Shown here in pieces: positions 30,625 to 39,466 of a DNA stretch of 64,000 nt (the first letter of the stretch is position 1; each line of letters starts with the position of its first letter). The stretch is from an uncultured virus (IMG/VR IMGVR_UViG_2916515220_000006). Its lineage: Duplodnaviria > Heunggongvirae > Uroviricota > Caudoviricetes. Position numbers and translations under genes: made by a program. The notes beneath the pieces are model-generated. The model did no database searches. It worked only from the letters and a program-made list of their open reading frames with translations, and was not told the origin of the DNA. The DNA lies in IMG/VR virus record IMGVR_UViG_2916515220_000006, one strand, 5' to 3'.

Positions 30625-30666
30625 CTGATTCCGATTCCATCGAAAGGGCGGTGGAACCCCCCTATA

Positions 30667-30735
30667 ATTTTCTTCACAGAGCGAAATCCCGCAGTCGCCC
30701 ACACCCGCTACTTGGCCTCTTTTGGGGGAGGACCC
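30667..30735 (-). other. Lambda-like cos site (cosQ GGGTCCT; predicted 12-nt cohesive end GGTGTGGGCGAC at 30694-30705)
   Basis: GGGTCCT, 23 nt, 12-mer, then TGCGGGATTTCGCT...GAAAATT. Matches the spacing and flanks of lambda cos as I recall it; lies just upstream of terS. Confidence 0.75.
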
Positions 30736-30783
30736 GACCGAGGGGGCATGGGGCGGGTCTAGGTCGGGGGTCGGGGTGGCCGG

Positions 30784-31353
30784 TCAGAGGACCAGCGTGG
30801 CAAGGGCGGCTTCGACCCGCTCTTTCAGCAAGGGCGCTGCTATGCGCTGGAATGCTTCGGCTGTTGCGCCGCTGGTCATCTCCTTCGGGATGAAGACCCC
30901 CGAGCGGGCGAAGGTAATCTTCGTGCCGGAGCGGTTGAGCCGGTAATAGGCATGGCCATTGAACTGCGCCACCGGCTTACGGTCAGGGAACTGTCCACCC
31001 CGCAGGAACGCGCCGGGATAGAGCGTCGGCTTTCCGAATGGTCGCGCCACGACACCGGCTTCGGTTTCCTTCGGGCGCAGATATTTGAGGCGAATGTTGC
31101 CGCCCCGCGTGGTCATGTCATAGACGTACCGGCCCGGCTTTGCGGTTGCCGGATTGCCGATGGCCTTAACGATGGTGGCACGCGGCAAGCCCGTCTGTTT
31201 CGTCAATTCGCGGATGACAACGGTTTTCGTCCTGTTGCCGACCTGATTGACGATGCGCGGTAGAACGGTCGGGAAGCGCCGTTTCAATTCCGCTATCCGG
31301 TCGCCGTACTCCGCAAGATTGCGGTCGGCCCATTTCATGGACAGAACAGCCAT
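30784..31353 (-). CDS. Minor tail/GpZ-like basic protein
   Basis: RIVNQVGNRTKT...TGLPRATI motif; first gene of the late operon. Confidence 0.6.
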   Translation of the reverse strand: MAVLSMKWADRNLAEYGDRIAELKRRFPTVLPRIVNQVGNRTKTVVIRELTKQTGLPRATIVKAIGNPATAKPGRYVYDMTTRGGNIRLKYLRPKETEAGVVARPFGKPTLYPGAFLRGGQFPDRKPVAQFNGHAYYRLNRSGTKITFARSGVFIPKEMTSGATAEAFQRIAAPLLKERVEAALATLVL

Positions 31354-31394
31354 CGTCAGATTTTCCCGGAAGTTGCCTACACCCTACGCAAACG

Positions 31395-31423
31395 AAAAAG
31401 GCGACCGGGTTAGGGTCGCCTTT
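31395..31423 (-). terminator. Intrinsic terminator ahead of the late operon
   Basis: AAAGGCGACC-N7-GGTCGCCTTTTT on the minus strand. Confidence 0.8.
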
Positions 31424-31598
31424 GCTCAAGTCCGCCGATGATATAGCTATCGCACTGGCCTTGAATCGGTCTCTCTGGCGAGAGGGTCAAGGCAGGGTCC
31501 GCCCCGGCTTACCAGCGTGGAGGTTTTTGGAACCCCACTCGCCGGTCGAAACCGGCGCGCCTGCACAGGATCAGCAGATCATCCTGCGCTATGCATAG
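31424..31598 (-). ncRNA. Putative structured late-leader RNA (candidate antitermination signal)
   Basis: Hairpins at 31563-31589, 31540-31557 (UUCG loop) and 31458-31493, between the nusG paralog and the terminator. Confidence 0.45.
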
Positions 31599-32285
31599 TC
31601 ACAACTGTTCGAGCAATGCAAGAGGGGCTTCGATGGTCGAAACCTTGCCGAACACGTCCACCGCCACCACAGCGCCGGTAGCAACGCGCTCGCCGTCAAC
31701 GGTCCGATCCTTGCGCAGTTTCAGGATGGTGCCGCCGAAACTGGCGAAGGGGCCAAGCACGAAACGAACCTTATCGCCGCGCTTGAACTGTTCGCAGTGC
31801 TTCACGTCCGGCGCAGTCTCGTCATCGCCGAAAGCCTTGAAACGATTCATTTCCTCGTCTGATACACGATGAGGGTGAACCATCCCGCCAACGAAGCCCG
31901 CGACACCTTCCAGCCGGGCAATACCGCAGACTGCGGCGGGAGAATAGACGATGTTGACCAGCACATAACCCGGCAGAAGAGGACGCGAAACAGCAGGGAT
32001 AATGCGACCGCGAACGACCGTTTCACCGATGGTTTCGAGCGGGAGAAAAACTTTCACGCCAGCTTTCCGAAGGGCGTCTTCAACAGCTTTTTCCGCCTTA
32101 TGCTTCGTCTCCACCACGAACCATTCGTGTTTCCCCGGCTGATTCTCCGCCGCCATGGAAAGCATGGTGACATTGAGTCGCTTCGTGTTCTGCATCTGGT
32201 CGAACAGAGACGCGAAACGCGACAGGTCATAAAGCTCCGGGTTGACCGGCTTGCTGGCGGCATAAATCTTCACGTTATGCATCAT
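31599..32285 (-). CDS. NusG-family transcription antiterminator (phage paralog)
   Basis: WFVVETKHKAEKAV and PLLPGYVLV (NGN); FKRGDKVRFVLGPFASFGG (KOW); VDVFGK. Confidence 0.9.
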   Translation of the reverse strand: MMHNVKIYAASKPVNPELYDLSRFASLFDQMQNTKRLNVTMLSMAAENQPGKHEWFVVETKHKAEKAVEDALRKAGVKVFLPLETIGETVVRGRIIPAVSRPLLPGYVLVNIVYSPAAVCGIARLEGVAGFVGGMVHPHRVSDEEMNRFKAFGDDETAPDVKHCEQFKRGDKVRFVLGPFASFGGTILKLRKDRTVDGERVATGAVVAVDVFGKVSTIEAPLALLEQL

Positions 32286-33545
32286 TGGTGCGTCCCTCGC
32301 TGATGGTGGAAAGAAATTTGGAAAGCGCGGCATCAACTGCCGCTTCGAGATCGTCAGCCCCGTCATCGACCGGGGGAAGTAGACCCATTCGGGCGGATGC
32401 TCGATAAAGGGCCAGCCGTTGCGTTCATGCAGGTGCTTCCAAGCTGCGAACAGATCGGTGTCGCGGTGCACCTGCCGGAAGTCCTGCACCAACGGGAGAA
32501 GCGAGAGCGAAGTGTTGAAAGGCTCGCGGCGACGGGCGAGGTCGCGCATGGTGTTGACGAGTGGCCAGCCATTGTCACGGCGCTTTTCGAACATAAGCTG
32601 TTCGCGGGAAATCATGCCCTTGGCGATACGGGTTTCGTCAAAGCTGGTCACATACAGCAGGCCGGTCGGTTCTTTCGACAACGCCTCGAAGCGCGTTCCC
32701 ATCCAGAGCTTGCCGCAGACCTTGGCAATGCCATGGGCGTTGATCGGCTCAGCAAGAACATGCTCCGGCAGGTCGCGCCAGTGACGGTTTTTGAGGTAGA
32801 CCGCTGCGGCCATCAGGTCGGCAGGCTTGGCCCAACGAAGATAGGCGGGCGTCCGCTCCACGCACTCGGTCCGATCTTCCGGGGAAAGAGCGAACCACGC
32901 GTTGCGGGCATATTCGATATCGCCCTTTTTCCACGTCGCGAACCACAGCGTGAAAGCATGCTCTATCTTTTTTCGATCAACCTTTTTCAAAACTCCCTCT
33001 TCCGCGCCAGCGGCTGGAGAGTTTTCTGGAATGTTAGTTGGAAGATTCTTATCTTGGTGGAACTCCTCCACCACCTTCCGGTCGTCATTTCCACCACCTT
33101 CGGGAACGATTTCCACCGCCTTGGCGACGGAACGCGGTGGAACTGTTCCACCACCTTGGGAGGCGCATGCGTCGTCGGAACGTGGTGGAGGATTTCCACC
33201 ACCTTCGCTGTCTTCGTTACTGGCTGCATTGCCGGAAAGGTCGCGTCCCGGCCACCGCGCAACATATTCGTTCCGCTTCCATTTCTGGCCGCGAAAACCG
33301 TGTTGCGTGACGACAATCCAACCGCTCTCTTCGGCGATTTCGAGGTGTTTCAGGACGGTTTTCTTGTCGAGGCCCGTCAGGTCCACCAGTTCCGAAATCG
33401 GCGGATAGCAGGAACCGCCGGTCGCATCCATTTTCAGGCCAAGCGTATGCAGCACGAGGCGCGTGATAGGCGGCAGGCCGGATTTACCGACCGCGTGACG
33501 CCAAGACCATGCGCGCGACATTGCGCCGTGATCCGGTTCCATCAC
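32275..33545 (-). CDS. Replication initiator with N-terminal HTH (true stop at 32275 if one C is restored at 32372-32376)
   Basis: CYPPISELVDLTGLDKKTVLKHLEIAEESGWI HTH and internal iterons. The 648-aa Rep-NusG fusion in the ORF track arises from the missing base. Confidence 0.8.
33056..33205. repeat. Replication origin iterons inside the initiator gene
   Basis: TCCACC(A/G)CCTT at 33067, 33090, 33112, 33147 and 33195, several within GGTGGA-N5-TCCACC palindromes. AT-rich tract adjacent at ~32960-33055. Confidence 0.8.
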
Positions 33546-33835
33546 TGTGCACCGCCTTTCCGCACCACGTCGCGCAGGAATGAACGCACAGCGTGGACGC
33601 CGAGAACGACCGTATGCGGCAATCCGCCGTCCGGCAGGCGCGTGGCGTTGATAGCTGCGAATTCCACATCCAGCGCGTCAACGCCGAGCGTAAAATGCGC
33701 TTCCTGCAAGACACGGCGGATTGTGGTGTGGTCGCGGTAAATGACGCCTTGCGGGGCGCGCAAAAGCCAGTCCGCGCGCGCCGCGTCCGTCTGGCAGTCC
33801 GCCAGAATTTCAACGATGGGCATAAGGTCGGTCAT
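33542..33835 (-). CDS. Hypothetical phage protein
   Basis: MTDLMPIVEILADCQTDAARADWLLRAP; overlapping start/stop coupling in the early-right operon. Confidence 0.65.
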   Translation of the reverse strand: MTDLMPIVEILADCQTDAARADWLLRAPQGVIYRDHTTIRRVLQEAHFTLGVDALDVEFAAINATRLPDGGLPHTVVLGVHAVRSFLRDVVRKGGAQ

Positions 33836-34493
33836 CGGCTGATTTCCCGCTCTACCTTGCGCGCCAGAGCGCGGTAGCTGTCCATCGCCTTGCAAAGATC
33901 ACCATGCGCCCGGCGCTGGTCAGCAGCGGCCTTCTCGGCGCGCGCGGTCGCTTCCTCGCAGGCGAGGAACGCGCCTTCCACCAACTTTGTCTCTTTCAGG
34001 AACTCGTCATAAAGCGGGTTTGAGCCTGCCGGGCCGAAGAACTGGTCGCGGACTTGCGCCACCCAATCACGCGGCACGCCCAAATCCTTCGCCACGGCAG
34101 AATCCGTCCAGGGGATTTATAGGCGTCCTTGGCGTAAACCTCATCCAGCTTGTCGTTGATAATGCGCCGGTCTTCGCGGCTCATTTCACGGGGCTTGTCT
34201 GCAATCGTCGCTACCCTGTCCACCATGGCTTTTTGTCCTTTACGCTTGGCCGGGGCGGCGTGGATCGGGCAGAAATCCTTGCGCGGATTGCTGCCGACCA
34301 CCCATCCCTTGTTCTGGAAATGTTGTGTTGCCGCGATTGGCGGCTTGCGATTGATCCCGGTTTGATGCGGGAAATAAGCGACAGCACCGCAGCAGGCGCA
34401 TGTGATCTGCATGGCCTTTGTGGACTTGTCGCCGTAGGGGATGGAAACTTCTGGAAAGATGCGGTCGCTCACCGGGAACCCCCTCTTTTCCAC
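33832..34493 (-). CDS. Hypothetical Zn-binding/HTH protein (frameshift at 34111-34114)
   Basis: CACC...FCPIH N-terminal part joins WTDSAVAKDLGVPRDWV if one C is added. Confidence 0.65.
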
Positions 34494-35020
34494 GCTTCGA
34501 AGTCCTTCCGAAAATGAAGGAAGGCGGCTTGCGCGCGCGGGTCGTTGTCGATTTCTTTTTTGCTGGAAATGGCGAGGATGCTTTTCAACCGGGTGTCGGC
34601 CTGCGTCTTGTCGCGCACCGGTCCGCCCGCGCCCTTGATTTCAAGGAAACGCTGGAAGGTGCGGTCGGAAAGCAGCATTGCGGCCTGCGCCGCGTACTTT
34701 TTCCGCACGGCGGCGGCTTGCTGCGCCTCCAGCTGCTTTTTCAGGTTCCGAACGGCATCAGATGCCCGACCAATAAGGCCCAAAAGGAAGGCGAGGTTTT
34801 CCGCCGCCCCGCAAATCAGGTCGCGTTCATCCGGCAGGGCGTCGGCATGAAGCGTGCAGATAAGCGCCTCGTCACCCGTTGAGCGACGGGCGATCACGGC
34901 GATGTTGTTTCCGCGCGGCTCGAATGCCCAAACGTCGCCTTCAATGCGCGCCGAAAGGTAGCGCAGGCGATCAACGGCTTTTAGCTCGCGAGCGCGGGCA
35001 GGATCGACAAGCCCCGTCAT
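34469..35020 (-). CDS. Hypothetical phage protein
   Basis: 183-aa ORF coupled in the operon. Confidence 0.65.
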   Translation of the reverse strand: MTGLVDPARARELKAVDRLRYLSARIEGDVWAFEPRGNNIAVIARRSTGDEALICTLHADALPDERDLICGAAENLAFLLGLIGRASDAVRNLKKQLEAQQAAAVRKKYAAQAAMLLSDRTFQRFLEIKGAGGPVRDKTQADTRLKSILAISSKKEIDNDPRAQAAFLHFRKDFEAWKRGGSR

Positions 35021-35397
35021 CGCGTACCGCCTTGCCGCGCGCGAATACCCTCAAACGTGGCTAATCGCGCCCGCACGGCCTGCGCTTCAACCTCATTCCC
35101 GGCAGCAAGGGCAGCGGCAAGCCGCAGCTTGGCCGTATGAATGACCGGACCGAACCTGTCTGTTTCGATAGCCCCAAATTTGACGGCAAGGGCGCGTGTC
35201 GAAAGGGCGATATCGAAATGAACCCAACTGGCATTTCGATGTTTGCCAAACGAAAGAACAGGATGCCCCTGAATCCATTTGCGCTGCACGCCAATGCGGT
35301 CCGCCATGGCAAGCAGTTCATCATCCGCATCCGCCCACATATGGCACATGACCATGTTGCCAAACGGGGCGCGCATGTCGTCAACATAAACGCTCAT
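35017..35397 (-). CDS. DUF4031-family protein
   Basis: MSVYVDD...MCHMWADADDELLAMADRIGVQRKWIQ...HFDI signature. Confidence 0.85.
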   Translation of the reverse strand: MSVYVDDMRAPFGNMVMCHMWADADDELLAMADRIGVQRKWIQGHPVLSFGKHRNASWVHFDIALSTRALAVKFGAIETDRFGPVIHTAKLRLAAALAAGNEVEAQAVRARLATFEGIRARQGGTR

Positions 35398-36779
35398 GCT
35401 GCCTCGCTTTCCGCCGTTACGGCGGGTTGCTGAGGCTGGTAATCCTTCCAGTCCACGCGGCGAACGATGGTGGCGCTGCCATAATTTCCGGCCTCGTCAC
35501 GCTCCCAAACGAACCACGCCGTATTCATGCGGCTGCTGGCCTTGTTTCCCTCCCATCCGTCGCGGTGCATCATCGGGAGGCGGCGCTTGAAGACGTAGAC
35601 GCGTGCAGGCGGGCAATCGTCCATGACGAAATTGCGGTCATCGTCCGCGAACCCGCAAAGGAAATTCAGGTTGAGCAAAAGCGCCATCTTGCGGGGCCGG
35701 TAGACGCGCAGCGCATGGGCCACAAAGGCATTCAGCACGTCGCCGTAAGGTGGATTGGTGACGATATCGTATGAACCGACTTCTTGCGGCTGCGAGGTCA
35801 AAAAGTCCTGCACCGACTGCAATTCGCCGTTGCTGTCCGCCGTGCCGTAGTCGTTGATATCGGCCAGCACTACGCCGTAGTGAAACGCTTCCAGCATCCG
35901 CGAGATTGCACCGCGCCCGCAGGCGGGTTCAAGAACGCACGCGGTGAATTCCTCCAGAGCCAGCAGCGTAAACATCGCTTCCGGTGGCGTCTCGTAGAGG
36001 TTAGCCCCACGCTCTTCCTTTGTGGCGCTGGCCGTGCCGACCGCCGCGCGAAGATTGGCCTTCGTCGGTTCCAGCCCGGCAGCAAGACGCGCCTGAATGG
36101 CCCGTTCGACAATGCCGGGTTCGCGATGCTCCGCCGCTGCGAGCTTGCGGGCTTCGTGAATCTCTTTGTAAGACAGTCCGGCATCATCGACAGAAAAAAC
36201 CTTTCCATCGGGAAGGTTTTTCGGCCTGCCTCGCGTGGCGGCTTCGCCCGCCGCCTGCGCTTCGTCCCATTTATCGGCAATGAGGATTTTCGCGCGGGCT
36301 TCGATCAATAGGGCGTCGGCCTGCATGCGCCGAGCCTTGGCAATCAGCTTTTCCGTTGCGCCGATCTGTTCCGCAAACTGTGCGGCAGTCTTGGCCTGAT
36401 TATAGGCGACCGATGCGACGATGCGGGCATTGATGATGTCGCCATCGTCCAGAAGCGCCCGCGCCCGTTCCACCGTAGCAACCAGCCCCGACGCATCGGC
36501 AACCGGCACCACGGCACTTTCTGTTTCGCGTTCCGGCATGTCGCCCGGCTCCGCAATGCCTTCCAGCATGGTAAGCATTTCGCGGGCGCGGTCGGTCGGG
36601 TAGTAGGTCTTGCCGTCCTTCTTGTCCCGCGTCAGGTAACCGTTGCTAACGGACTTATTCGCGCTGATACCCTGCTGCTGCGATTCGACTGTCACTACAC
36701 CATCGCGAACGGCGGTGGTGATGATCGCAAGAGCATTCGGGCCGGGCTTTGGAAGCTTGACTTGCTTGTAAGGGGCCAT
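35394..36779 (-). CDS. Helical/HTH domain fused to an amino-DNA methyltransferase
   Basis: C-terminal LYETPP, VLEPACGRG (motif I) and IVTNPPYG (motif IV). Central GRPK..GLSYKEIHEARKL HTH-like region. Confidence 0.85.
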   Translation of the reverse strand: MAPYKQVKLPKPGPNALAIITTAVRDGVVTVESQQQGISANKSVSNGYLTRDKKDGKTYYPTDRAREMLTMLEGIAEPGDMPERETESAVVPVADASGLVATVERARALLDDGDIINARIVASVAYNQAKTAAQFAEQIGATEKLIAKARRMQADALLIEARAKILIADKWDEAQAAGEAATRGRPKNLPDGKVFSVDDAGLSYKEIHEARKLAAAEHREPGIVERAIQARLAAGLEPTKANLRAAVGTASATKEERGANLYETPPEAMFTLLALEEFTACVLEPACGRGAISRMLEAFHYGVVLADINDYGTADSNGELQSVQDFLTSQPQEVGSYDIVTNPPYGDVLNAFVAHALRVYRPRKMALLLNLNFLCGFADDDRNFVMDDCPPARVYVFKRRLPMMHRDGWEGNKASSRMNTAWFVWERDEAGNYGSATIVRRVDWKDYQPQQPAVTAESEAA

Positions 36780-37540
36780 CAGTTCGACCCCTCGCCTGCA
36801 CGATGGAACAGATCATCAAGCACCGTGTCCGACAGGACATCCTCAATCCGTGACAACGGATCGACATTCGCAACGTGGTTTTCGATGAGGGCGAGAAAGC
36901 GCGCTTCAACTTCGAGCCGCTGGCGGAGAGCGTGGAGTTCGTGAAACGCAACCCTGCCCAAGTTTTTCGCCGACAACACCTCAATGCGGGCCTTTTCCGG
37001 CTTCTCGGACGGGTGCGCGCGACGAATACCAGACCGAACCGACATCAGTTCCCGGCGCAGGAACGAGCGTGTTGGCTCCTTTCCGCTAGCAAGAATTTCT
37101 TCAAGAATAGAACGAAGCGCAGCAGGTTGCTTAGTGATCGCGTCACGCAAGTTTCGCGCCTCGAACAACTGTTTCCTTGAGAGGCCAAAATCACGAACGG
37201 TAAGCTCTTCGTTCCGGCCCTTGCCAGGACGCCCGCCCTTGGAGAGATCACCGCGAGTTTGCGCCGCGTCTACTTCATCGGCTAACTTGCGGTCCGCAAG
37301 AACCTCGATTTCCAAAGCGTCCGTCTGCGCTTTGCGGGCGATGAAAACGATATGAGCGTGGGCCTTATTCGCCGCTGCAACACGCGCCACCCGCCGGGCG
37401 GCATCAAAAACAAGACCAGCCTCCTGTTTCGCTACGAGGATAACAGCGGGGTTTGCAGCAGAGGCAAGACGAAAGGCGGCAGCTTTGATCATGGATGGCA
37501 GAGCTTCGGCGCTGGCGTTTATGGTGATGAGGTCGGCCAT
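36779..37540 (-). CDS. Paralog of the central helical/HTH domain of 35394-36779, without the MTase
   Basis: ARKAQTDALEIE..LADEVDAAQTRG..GGRP..GLSRKQLFEARNL..GKEPTRSFLR aligns by eye with ARRMQADALLIE..IADKWDEAQAAG..RGRP..GLSYKEIHEARKL..GLEPTKANLR. Confidence 0.75.
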   Translation of the reverse strand: MADLITINASAEALPSMIKAAAFRLASAANPAVILVAKQEAGLVFDAARRVARVAAANKAHAHIVFIARKAQTDALEIEVLADRKLADEVDAAQTRGDLSKGGRPGKGRNEELTVRDFGLSRKQLFEARNLRDAITKQPAALRSILEEILASGKEPTRSFLRRELMSVRSGIRRAHPSEKPEKARIEVLSAKNLGRVAFHELHALRQRLEVEARFLALIENHVANVDPLSRIEDVLSDTVLDDLFHRAGEGSN

Positions 37541-37791
37541 CAGTGCGCCCTCATCAAACGATCAAGGTACGCCTGCCCCAAGCCGGTAAGCTTCGCAGTC
37601 TCTCCATCGGCGGTAATGTGAAGATAGCCGCAGCTGCGGCATTCTTCGGCGACGATATGGTAAGCGAGGCCAAGGGCGGACAAATCCAACTTGCCGCCCT
37701 CGCATTTCACATGCCGCAAAAAGCCCCTTGCACGTTCGGACAAGGGGCGCTTCATCAGTTCGGTGATAGCCGGATCGGTCTGGCGCTTCAT
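37540..37791 (-). CDS. Small winged-helix-like hypothetical protein
   Basis: 83 aa ending in AKLTGLGQAYL; coupled in the operon. Confidence 0.6.
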   Translation of the reverse strand: MKRQTDPAITELMKRPLSERARGFLRHVKCEGGKLDLSALGLAYHIVAEECRSCGYLHITADGETAKLTGLGQAYLDRLMRAH

Positions 37792-38285
37792 TCCGCACCC
37801 CCGACGACGCTAAGCCCGACCTTGTGACCGCCCTTGGCTTTCACACTGGCGAGCGCCTTGCGAAATGCGGCCAGACCGGCTTCCAGTTCCGCCGCATCAC
37901 GGTCCATTTTGGTCGCTTCGGCTGGCGTCACAACCATGTCGGCGATAGCAACCGCGCCGCCGGAAATCAGATCGCCAGCCTTGCGGACCATTTCGGAATA
38001 GGTGACGACGACGCACTGTTCGGCGGCGCGCTCATTTTCCGGGTCGGCCAGCCGCCGCCCGTTAAGTTCCGCCATCGCAGAGGTGACGACCGGCACGCCG
38101 CATTCGCTTTCCAGCGCATAGACAGCGTGCAGCGGCATCAATTCCGGGTCGGTCGCATTGTTCATGCGCCCGATGTGGCTTTTCGAAATCGAGGAAATTT
38201 CCGCTGCACGCTCGATACCGCCCACGAGGCGGATAAGGTCACGTTGCGCGGCTTTGATACGGTGAAACCATGCGTTTGAAATCAT
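37788..38285 (-). CDS. CII-like regulatory protein
   Basis: IKAAQRDLIRLVGGIERAA HTH-like segment and LESECGVPVVT; directly downstream of cro. Confidence 0.7.
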   Translation of the reverse strand: MISNAWFHRIKAAQRDLIRLVGGIERAAEISSISKSHIGRMNNATDPELMPLHAVYALESECGVPVVTSAMAELNGRRLADPENERAAEQCVVVTYSEMVRKAGDLISGGAVAIADMVVTPAEATKMDRDAAELEAGLAAFRKALASVKAKGGHKVGLSVVGGAE

Positions 38286-38494
38286 GAGACAATACCTTTC
38301 CCGCGCCGGGAAAATCCCGGCGTTTTTCCCGTGGTGGGAATTGATTGGAGATGAGAGTTTCAGGGCGTCAGGAAGTTATGGAGGCCCACATGCAAAACGA
38401 GAGTTGCCCGCGCCGGGCGAGAAGAAGGAAAGCGCACCGGCGCGGGTCGCAGCAGGCCGGGAGGATTGGCCGCGCGAAAGGAGAAGGAGGCCGC

Positions 38495-38716
38495 TCATTC
38501 TGCGGCCTCCAAAGGAATCGCCACAAGCTCCGCAAGGCGTTCATAAGTTACGTCTGCGAAACCACGACGCTTGGCAGCATCAACCACGCGAACCCAATAA
38601 CCGGGCGGAATTGATGCCCGGCGGCGCATAGCTTTTGCCGTCTCATAGTGCGCGCCGATTTCATCAGCGAACACCGAGAGCGAAGGCCAGAGATTTATAA
38701 GATCGGCGTGGGTCAT
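38495..38716 (-). CDS. Cro-like protein
   Basis: 73-aa HTH protein (RRRASIPPGYW) transcribed divergently from the repressor. Confidence 0.8.
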   Translation of the reverse strand: MTHADLINLWPSLSVFADEIGAHYETAKAMRRRASIPPGYWVRVVDAAKRRGFADVTYERLAELVAIPLEAAE

Positions 38717-38722
38717 GTGGCA

Positions 38723-38802
38723 GTGGTACAATATACACCACCTTGTCGTCAAGCTGGCGGAACATGATCTGCACCCCCACAAGGCGGTATGATTCACACC
38801 AT
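38723..38802. promoter_or_regulatory. OR/PR-PRM switch region
   Basis: 19-bp operators GTGGTACAATATACACCAC (38723-38741) and GCGGTATGATTCACACCAT (38784-38802). Minus-strand CTTGAC -35 at 38748-38753. Confidence 0.75.
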
Positions 38803-39448
38803 GAGCAAATCAGCAGATCAGTTCCAGCGCGCCGAACGCGCCGAGCGGTTAAAGCAGGCGAGAATCAATTCTGGTTTTGGCGGCGTCAAAGCTGTCGCGA
38901 AGAAATTTGGCTGGTCTGTCAACACCTACAAGGCTCACGATTCCGGCCAGAACGGTTTCAGTCCGGCAGATGCCAAGAAGTATGCGCGCGCTTTTGGTGT
39001 ATCACTACAGTGGCTATACTTCGGGACCGGAGCACCGGAAGACATTGACGTAGAACCGGTAAGTGTCACCGACGTTCCTCTTATATCTGCTGTTAGCGCC
39101 GGACAACTTGTGAGTAGCGATGGTGTCAGCGACCTTTCCGATTTCCCCACGGTTCCCGCGCTCGACTTGCCGGAAGGGCAATGGATAGCACTTCGTGTTG
39201 ACGGCGATTCCATGAACAAGATTTCGCCGCCAGATTCTATAGTTTTCGCAAACCTGCGCGATAGACGCCTAGTTCATAACGCTTGCTACATCGTGACGGA
39301 TGAAGAAGGAAATACAACATACAAACGATACCGTCAGAATGAAGAGCCACCGTTCCAGCCAGCTTCGTATCATGATGTTGCCCCACCTAAATTTAAAGGC
39401 ACCATCACGGTTGTCGGCAGGGTTAAACGTTCAATTATTGAAATGTAA
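38801..39448 (+). CDS. CI-like repressor (XRE HTH and S24 autopeptidase)
   Basis: RLKQAR...YARAFGVSLQWLYFG, VSAG cleavage site, LRVDGDSM and TYKR motifs. Confidence 0.92.
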   Translation: MSKSADQFQRAERAERLKQARINSGFGGVKAVAKKFGWSVNTYKAHDSGQNGFSPADAKKYARAFGVSLQWLYFGTGAPEDIDVEPVSVTDVPLISAVSAGQLVSSDGVSDLSDFPTVPALDLPEGQWIALRVDGDSMNKISPPDSIVFANLRDRRLVHNACYIVTDEEGNTTYKRYRQNEEPPFQPASYHDVAPPKFKGTITVVGRVKRSIIEM

Positions 39449-39466
39449 ATTCACTTCGGGGGAAGC

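Noticed and set aside
31599..33545. Novel Rep-NusG fusion protein (648 aa)
   Set aside because: Adding one C at the 32372-32376 run restores a Rep stop at 32275 overlapping a NusG ATG with its own GAGGGA RBS. This matches the error pattern seen elsewhere in the window.
35394..36779. Restriction-modification system
   Set aside because: No cognate endonuclease nearby; an orphan phage MTase in the early operon.
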